DNA of 64,000 nucleotides, from assembly GCF_006345805.1 (NCBI RefSeq), contig NC_043009.1, positions 16,182,001 through 16,246,000 of the forward strand, given 5' to 3'. The DNA comes from Octopus sinensis (taxonomy: Eukaryota). Made by a program: the position numbers and the translations under genes. Below are positions 55,376-64,000 of the stretch, one piece after another. A model generated the notes under the pieces. That model had not been told where the DNA came from. It was given only the letters and a program-made list of their open reading frames with translations, and ran no database searches. Each line of letters starts with the position of its first letter. Position 1 is the first letter of the stretch.

Positions 55376-55614
55376 ATATACATTGGTGTGTATGAATGTA
55401 TATATAAATAAGAAACTGAGATGACAAAGGAATAAATAAATATCTTATTAACTCCATTAGCTTACAACTGTTTCTACTCTAAGATGCCGTGGACTTATAG
55501 TTGAGTGCCTGAGGAACACATCACATGTCGACATAAGTGTGTGCCAGAGGGAATTATTTTCGTATAAGCTTTAAGGAATCTAAGTCTACTAAAAATTTAG
55601 TTGTTTCAATACTC

Positions 55615-55978
55615 TTTACTCTTTTACTTGTTTCAGTCATTTGACTGCGGCCATGCTGGAGCACCGCCTTTAGTCGGGCAAATCGACTCGGGACTTATTC
55701 TTTGTAAGCCCAGTACTTATTCTATCGGTCTGTTTTGCCGAACCGCTAAGTGACGGGGACGTAAACACGCCAGCATCGGTTGTCAAGCAATGCTAGGGGG
55801 ACAAACACACACACACACATATATATATATACGACAGGCTTCTTTCAGTTTCCGTCTACCAAATCCACTCACAAGGCATTGGTCGGCCCGGGGCTATAGC
55901 AGAAGACACTAGCCCAAGGTGCCACGCAGTGGGACTGAACCCGGAACCATGTGGTTACCACACAGCCACTCCTGCGCC
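55615..55978 (-). mobile_element. SINE family A, near full length
   Basis: As for 9246-9643. Confidence 0.9.
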
Positions 55979-56992
55979 TATGTATAAAATGTATAAAATC
56001 TATGATTAAATACTACGATCGTCTTTCTTTCCACAAATCAGAACTCACTTGACATTTGTTAGTAATTCTAAAGTTCATCGACGATTATAGTACCTACATG
56101 ATACTTTATATATATATTTACTGCCTGAATTACCATCGAATATTGCCCACAAAACATTACAATGCATTCCCTTTGTCAGAATCTTGCCAATCATATAAAT
56201 AGCACTAAACATTTAATTTGCTTACTCTTCCGATGTCTTGAAGAAATCCTTTCAGGTGCATTAACTTTGAACCATAACAAAAATTTAATTCCAATGGCCG
56301 ATTTGCATCTGTCTCGCATTTTCTTTCGTTCTGGAGCAACGAGTCAAGTTATTCATATTTCCAACTTATTATAACTATGTCGCAAGACAGGGCACGCACA
56401 TACAGGGCACGCAAGTAACATAAAAAAACTATCCAAAAGCATACTTGTAGCAGTAAGTGCACATCTATATGGTCTTGCTTCCAGCCAGAAATAATAGCTA
56501 AATCTCTCTCAAAGGTTACTTTTCATAATACAAAAGGAGAACATATAAGTTACTATAGTTCGAAATACTCTGTGAACATGGAGGACAGATTTGCCTATTC
56601 AAGGACAAGTAAGGCTAAATACAGCAAAGCATTTATTTCTATACAGAGAAATTCTATTGTTTGTTTTATGGATTACATCACTCAAACTAACAAAGCTTTT
56701 TATTCCAGCAGTTAGAAAACCTATAATACCAATAGTTTATACTATTTCATTTTGCAGCATTCTGTGGGAAAATCTTTTGTGGTATTACGATTGATAATTT
56801 CAGAGGAAAACTGCGATTCGATCGATGTTCAAAAATGCTTTCGTATCCTGCAATATTAGGTGGAGTTCACTTTGCGGTAGTGTGTTTCGAGTCCGATCCG
56901 AATACTAAGCAGTTTATGAAATCTCTTCTCTACCATAGCATGCTGCTGTTACAGACATCCGTTACAGACAGACAGACTAACAGACACATAAA

Positions 56993-57418
<426 letters not shown>

Positions 57419-57995
57419 TTCTTAATCCAAAACTGTAACGCCATTGTGGCGCTATTGTTAATCAAAACTGATATAAAATAACATAAATGCAGTGAAGATG
57501 CTAGTTTATACCAGGTAATTTTTTTAAGAAAATTCCTGAAATGGCTTGCACTTTATTAGTCTATGACTAAGTAGACGTCTGCAACAAGCCATTTTTCTTT
57601 CTCATTTCTGTTTATCACGCATTAATCAAACCTTATTTCAATATAAAGATACTTAAAAACATTCACCTATTGGACAGCATGACACCTAGTCTCCCTCAAC
57701 ATGAAAACAAAATCATATTAAAAGTTAAAGAACCAGCTTTGCAGCACTACATCCTCTGGATTAATAAATAATTCTCAACTAAAACATTCAAAGTTTCTAC
57801 AAACGCTAGTCGTCACAGTCTTTGATGATCTCACAAAACGGTTTCGCCGTTGACTAATCTGCAACACAGATGTTAGGTTCTTCATCACAATGAAAATATA
57901 ATTTATCTCTGCTACATAAATATTCTACATCATATGTAATGTAGAGTGTTTGTTTATGTAAGCAGCAGTGTCAAAAAACCGCGCGTGTGTGAGTG

Positions 57996-58059
<64 letters not shown>

Positions 58060-58082
58060 TGTGTGTAATACATGTGTATATG

Positions 58083-58232
58083 TACGACGGATCCTTGGCT
58101 TATTTCTGTTTCTGCCAGTCAAATCCACTCAGAAGGCTTTAGTCGGCCCAAGGCTATATTAGAAGGTGCTACACAGTGTGACTGAACCCCGAACTATTTC
58201 ATTGGGAAGCAAGCTTCTTGCCAGACAGCCAT
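58083..58232 (-). mobile_element. SINE family A, 5' part, diverged
   Basis: caaatccactcagaaggctttagtcggcccaaggctat..gactgaacccc..gcaagcttctt..acagccat. Confidence 0.7.
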
Positions 58233-58764
58233 TTCTTACATTCTACAAAGGTTCCTGCTGTTTCTTCAAATGATGTAACATATACTTAGCTTCAGTCTTT
58301 CTTTCTTTTGTTTTGTTTTGTTTTGTTTTTCTGCTCAAAACGGAGAGATGGCATTTTGTTCGATTCTCTATTGAACTTACCAATTTAACGCCTTGACATC
58401 ATCTAACACAATAACAGTGCTTCTGTTTCATTAAACTTTTCTTAAAAGCTGTCAGTCTGTGACAATGCCTCAGATAAATAAATAGAGCAATAAATATAGT
58501 GGAAATAGCAATATTTTAAAATATTTATTCGCTTATGCTAGCGTCCAATCGATGTAGATTGGTAGTCTTTTTTTTTTTTTGCATCTCCAAACACAACAAA
58601 ACTTATGGACTGCGACATTCATCATCCGCTTGACTATAGTGGCTACACTAAACAACTAAACAGTATAAAACTTATTGCATCCACTTTTTTCTCCGTAGTT
58701 TGAATATTTCCACCAGATATTAAAAAGCAGTTCAAACCCCCAGAGATAAAAGAAGATATTTTAA

Positions 58765-58840
58765 AATTTATAAATTTACAAAATTTATAAATTTATAAAA
58801 TTTATAAATTTATAAAATTTATAAATTTATAAATTTATAA
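58765..58840. repeat. Tandem array of the self-complementary unit (ATAAATTT/ATAAAATTT)n, ~9 copies
   Basis: Direct reading. Confidence 0.85.
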
Positions 58841-58847
58841 CATAAAT

Positions 58848-58912
58848 GGCGGTGCCCCAGCATGGCCACAGCTTGTGAGCTGAAACTAAATAAAATAAAA
58901 ATAAAATAAATA
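58848..58912 (+). mobile_element. Solo CR1-type 3' tail (extreme 5' truncation)
   Basis: ggcggtgccccagcatggccacagcttgtgagctgaaacta(aataa)n matches 28541-28580. Confidence 0.7.
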
Positions 58913-59087
58913 CGAGCAGGAGTGGCTGTGTGGTAAGTAGCTTGCTTACCAACCACATGGTTCCGGGTTCATTCCCACTGCTTAGCACCTTGGGCAAGTG
59001 TCTTCTACTATAGCCTCGGGCCAACCAAAGCCTTGTAAGTGGATTTGATAGACGGAAACTAAAAGAATCCCGTCGTATATATGTATA

Positions 59088-59119
<32 letters not shown>

Positions 59120-59345
59120 TGTCCGCGCACTTTTATGTGTTTGTGTTTGTCTTCCCAACATCGCTTGACAACCGATGTTGGTGTGTTTACATCCCCGTAA
59201 CTTAGCAGTTCAGCAAAAGAGACCGATAGAATAAGTACTAGGCTTACAAAGAATAAGTCCTGGGGTCGATTTGCTTGACTAAAGGCAGTACTCCAGCATG
59301 GCCACAGTCAAATGACTGGAACAAGTAAAAGAGTAAAGAGTAAAG
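58913..59345 (+). mobile_element. SINE family A, full length
   Basis: A box tggctgtgtgg, B box ggttcattccc, central CA/GT-type microsatellite, tail gtaaaagagtaaagagt. Confidence 0.9.
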
Positions 59346-60273
59346 CGTCTAAAACTGAATTCTAGTCTAAACGTTCTAAAACAAAACGGCTCGAATTTGG
59401 AGATAAGTTTCTCATATCTAAAATAATTGAGTTAAAGCATATGCTATCAATGTAAGTGAGAGCTAACCTATACACCTCAAGTTTTTCATTGGAAGTAATT
59501 GTAAAACAGCTATATGACTAAGGAGATTTGTAACAAGAAATCTTGTGGGGTTGAATGAAATTAACAAACAGTTCTGTTTCTAAATTGCCTGTAGTATGTG
59601 CTATATTATAGCGAACAATGTAATCAAGGGGTATGGAAGATAAAATTTTCGTTAAAACACTCGATTTTAAACTATAAAATATCTCAGGATTGTCAATATA
59701 TTTAGGTTATGCAATAAAACTTTCAGATTCAAACTACACCCATTCCTATACATACAAAAATACAATTCGTTAAAGTCGTAAATTAGTCAGGACTATATCT
59801 TTGACACAAATCTAGAATTAATCATACGTTTTATAGTTATAATCAACGCATTATACGTGTTCTGGGTATATTCAACCATATTGTGATTCGAAGTAATCAA
59901 CATGGAATCAATCATTCAAATGTGATTATAGGCCAGACATCAGGTATTAACTATTATCTTCTACGTGCTATTATTATTAATATAATGGATATGAACTTAA
60001 TTAATACAATATTTCACTTGTTTGGAACATAAAATAGTGAAATATTGAACTCACATACAATAAAGAGTCTATTGCAGGAAGCAACTACCTCGTGGGAAAA
60101 GATTTTTAAAAATTCGTTTGATCACAAAAGGAGAACGTTTTGATATTTCCTCACTCATCGGAATAATAGAAACACTGAATCAAAGCACCACTGCTCGAAG
60201 AATGTCTCGCGTTTTCTCTCAGCATCTAAAAAGATCAATCAATTTTCATTTTTCATTGCCATTCTTGAATATT

Positions 60274-60370
<97 letters not shown>

Positions 60371-60422
60371 TGAATAACAGTTTGACAAAGTTTTGTAGGC
60401 GTAGGCACGGCCATAAAACAAC

Positions 60423-60477
60423 GTATTGTGGAGATGAATCAACTAAATGAATGTATTATATATATATATTATATATA

Positions 60478-60508
<31 letters not shown>

Positions 60509-60551
60509 GCGTTACAGTTCCAAGCATTTAGTTGATTCAGCTCCACAATAC
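60423..60551. repeat. 27-bp inverted repeat enclosing a (TA)n tract
   Basis: gtattgtggagatgaatcaactaaatg / catttagttgattcagctccacaatac (1 mismatch). Confidence 0.85.
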
Positions 60552-61204
60552 TTTGTATGTATGTATGTGTGTGTGTGTGTGTGTGTGTAATTAACATCCC
60601 AGTAATACTCTGGTGCTCTAAAGTAGCCTCAGTACTTGATGAGGCAACACATCTCATTCTTTGGAGTCAATTTAATATTCGATACCTGTTCAGACATTTC
60701 ATATTTACTTTATGTTCTTATTCCGGTAGCGATAATATTAGCTGGCATGTCTCCAAGTAGATAAAATCAGTATCACTTATGTAGCAGTGCTAATTCACTC
60801 GTGTATACTATTCTCACCTTAATCTGTGTTCGTGTAGAAATCATTAGAAGAAATTATTATTAATCTAATTAATAGTTTCTATCTTTGCGACGATGTGCTT
60901 ACGTAACTTTTAACTACATTTCATAATTGTGAGGTTTCTTGTCGGAATACTATTGTAATATAATGAAAGATATGTACGATTCTTGTGTATTTCTGACATC
61001 AGCAGATATGACTGCTGTTCCATCATGTACGATGTTAATTAAGACTAACAAGTGGGCTTTTCAACACATTTGGTGATCATGAACATCTATATATAAAAAT
61101 CATCTTGAAACAGTTTCTTGGAAAGTAAGGCAAACAAATAATTACGTGCGCGCGTTTTAGTGTATTCGAGTGAGTGTGTGCATGTTTATTTATTTATGCG
61201 AATA

Positions 61205-61238
<34 letters not shown>

Positions 61239-61283
61239 GTATGTATGTATGTATGTATGTATGTATGTATTATCTATGTATGA

Positions 61284-61338
<55 letters not shown>

Positions 61339-61342
<4 letters not shown>

Positions 61343-61485
61343 CGTATATTTGCCATTTAAATATGGTCAACCCATAAGGGTGGATGCTACTGTAGTTTGT
61401 AGCTCCAGGTGGTGTCCTCCTGCGGCTACAAACAGTAGCATCCACCCTTAGGAGTTAGCCATATTAAATGGCAAATATACGTAAC
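61339..61485. mobile_element. Small fold-back MITE (~147 bp)
   Basis: acgtatatttgccattt..taagggtggatgctactg..gtttgtagc pairs with gctacaaac agtagcatccaccctta..aaatggcaaatatacgt. Confidence 0.8.
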
Positions 61486-61537
61486 GATGTGTTGTAGCTA
61501 CGTTTATAACTCTCCTCTGACATTTATTATTCCCTAC

Positions 61538-61614
<77 letters not shown>

Positions 61615-61789
61615 ATACATATATATATACATATATAATATACATATATATATATATAATATATATATAAAGACTTAAGTAATTTTAATACTTCTATTAT
61701 TGAAAACAAGTGGATGTATTCCACTGTAACTAGGTAAATAAAATCTTCGAACAGACGGTCAGTAGCGACACCTGCTGGTTCTGACTACG

Positions 61790-61830
61790 CTGCATTGATA
61801 AAGGGCAACAATCCTGAAACATGTCTGCAG
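61790..61830 (+). ncRNA. Type I hammerhead ribozyme, U3:A8 variant, at the tip of a rod spanning 61745-61874
   Basis: ctgca-TTGATAA-aggg(caacaa)tcct-GAA-ACATGT-C/tgcag: 5-bp stem I, 4-bp stem II, palindromic stem III, GUC site after 61825. Confidence 0.8.
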
Positions 61831-62060
61831 ATGTCTGACTAGCAAGGTGAGGCGCCTGACCTCCCTGTTCGAAGGTTGTTAATGTACGCAGGTCCGTGGG
61901 TTCATAGAGCTAGCTAGATGCGGGCCTCTTGGAGCTAATCAGAGGACAGCTTTAGTCTTATATTTAGCACTGCATATTAGTATGCCGATAACTATTAATA
62001 TCCAGTACGCTGCCGTAATCTCCTTTAGAGAGACTTAGTAATTTTAATATTTTATATATA

Positions 62061-62098
<38 letters not shown>

Positions 62099-63181
62099 TA
62101 TGTGTGTGTGTGTGTGTGGGTGTATGTTGTGTGTGTGTGGTGTGCGGGTGTATGTATGTATATTTTGTATGTATGTAGGTGGGTATGCGTATGCATGAAG
62201 CTATTATTATGCGTGTAATTATGTGTATATGTGAGGGCTTTGGCCTGCAAATGTGTGTATATGTGTATGTGTGTGTATGAGTGTTTGTGCATGCTAGTGT
62301 GTGTGTGTGTTAAGATGTATATGTGTACACATATGCAAATGCATGTAGACACATACATATGTAATATACACATAGACACACTCATATACGTATAAATGTA
62401 CATAAATTTTTTTTATGTGCAAGTGACGAAATGTTTTTTTTAATTTTTGAAGAAAAATCTTCAGCCAAAAACATTTTTCATAGTGTTACTACAATGTAAA
62501 TATAGAGGTTATAAGTTCTCTATCTAAAATGGAAATTAAAAATAAAAAACACGAATCTTTAACTTGAATTCAGCAACTATTTTTAAAGTTCTTCAACGCC
62601 ATATTAATTGAACTCGTTATGGATTTTCACAACTAAACTTTTCACCTTCTTTTCAACTAATTTCTTTTACAATTTATATATTCCTCCCCAGAAAGAAATG
62701 AAGAAAATTAAGTAAGCATTAGTGCGAGTGAAAGAATATTTTCTATATTAACCAATATATGTCTTGGAGACTGTAATTTCTTTGTCTGGCACAAAGTTAT
62801 TCAAGAAAATTGGGATGAGTTAATTGGAATACTTTTGTTCTTATGAATGCAATTCTTTTTCTTTTTCGTTATCTAATGTATATTTGAGATATTTTTTGCG
62901 AATTTCAGGAGAACTTATTTTCATATTTTTATTAGAATTATTTCAAGTAACTGAAAGACTTTCCTACTTCGATATTGTTATCGCAGAATGAAAACTGTGT
63001 TAAAATTATTCCTTTCTCAGTATCAGTTGATTTTATTTTTTGAACAATTGTATTTACATATATGTACACACGAACACACACACAGACTTGTACACACACA
63101 CTCATCACACACATACACACCACTAACACATATGGTTGGTCATGAGAGAGCGAGAAGGAATACATGTGTATGTGTGAGCGT

Positions 63182-63392
63182 ATGTTGTCCATATATATAT
63201 ATATATATATATATTTATGTATGTATGTATGTATGTATTTTAAACTTCTTAAAAGTCACAATAATTGCGATTTTGATTATATAAATTAAAACTTATCAAT
63301 TATACAATTTTTGTTTTAAATCAGGATGATACATATTATTGTGACTTTTAAGAAGTTTTAAATACATAAATATATATATATATGGACAACAT
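63182..63392. repeat. Inverted repeat (63182-63265/63335-63392) whose arms contain microsatellites of unequal length
   Basis: atgttgtcc(at)n..aaacttcttaaaagtcacaataat / attattgtgacttttaagaagttt..(at)n ggacaacat. Confidence 0.9.
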
Positions 63393-64000
63393 TCGAATAT
63401 ATTTTTTGCTATTCCTTTCATTTTATATCATTTTATATCATCACAAGTATATATTTTATTTTATTTTTATCCCTATATATTATTAATTTTATATTTATAG
63501 ACATAAGTTACGTAAGAACATAGTTTTTGTAAAATTTTATTTTCATTCGTATTTTTTATTTTCATCTTTATTTTTTATTGTATTTTTTGTAATTTTTTAT
63601 TTGAATCAAATTATGGCTTGTACAGTAGGGCCCGGCGAACCTATTTTACACATACTTATTTGTTTAAAAAATTAAAACATAGTTTATACTATCAAACTAT
63701 GAGAAAGTGTTATAGAGGCCTGATGATTGGGGTTATATTTTAAGAATGGGTCCAGCAAAACACGGCGTGGTTAAGGAACCAGGAAATGTACCTCAGGAAA
63801 CATGTGTAGCCAAGTTATAAAGTAGTAAGTATTTAAATTAAAATTCTTTTTATGGTGGGATGGAAGGGGCCTACTATCTCTAAATGAAAATATATATTTC
63901 TTCATTGAGAGATAATTGGAACCCCTGTTATGCCGGAATTTTTATTCCCTAGCAAATAAAATAAATATAATCTATATACATATTATATATATATATATAT

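Noticed and set aside
63718-63790. CTGATGA and GAAACATGT in a repeat-like segment
   Set aside because: The words are not connected by pairing stems.

Overview
AT-rich, microsatellite-saturated eukaryotic DNA. The repeat families (three tRNA/CORE-type SINE families, mariners, RTE/CR1/R4 LINE remnants) suggest an octopus or other coleoid cephalopod; this is an inference from recalled repeat motifs, not a database hit. There is no prokaryotic content and no CRISPR array. Almost all listed ORFs are microsatellite translations. The only well-supported host coding sequence is two minus-strand exons (2251-2432 and 1424-1477) that splice in frame into a segment resembling the amino-terminal domain of ionotropic glutamate receptors. 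The largest element is a 5'-truncated Penelope-like retroelement (47588-51435; RT and GIY-YIG endonuclease on the minus strand) carrying a 1.13-kb inverted duplication, each arm holding a minimal type I hammerhead ribozyme (HHR). The most striking signal is a set of HHR motifs in short, unrelated, mostly (TA)n-embedded elements. Five motifs fold completely (43411, 43937, 61790 and the two Penelope copies), one is partial (46685) and two are decayed (13106, 35491). Together they show all three observed Watson-Crick versions of the core 3:8 pair (C:G, U:A, G:C). One sits at the tip of a 130-nt rod. Numerous fold-back palindromes in (TA)n look like products of the same machinery. All folding and alignment was done by eye.
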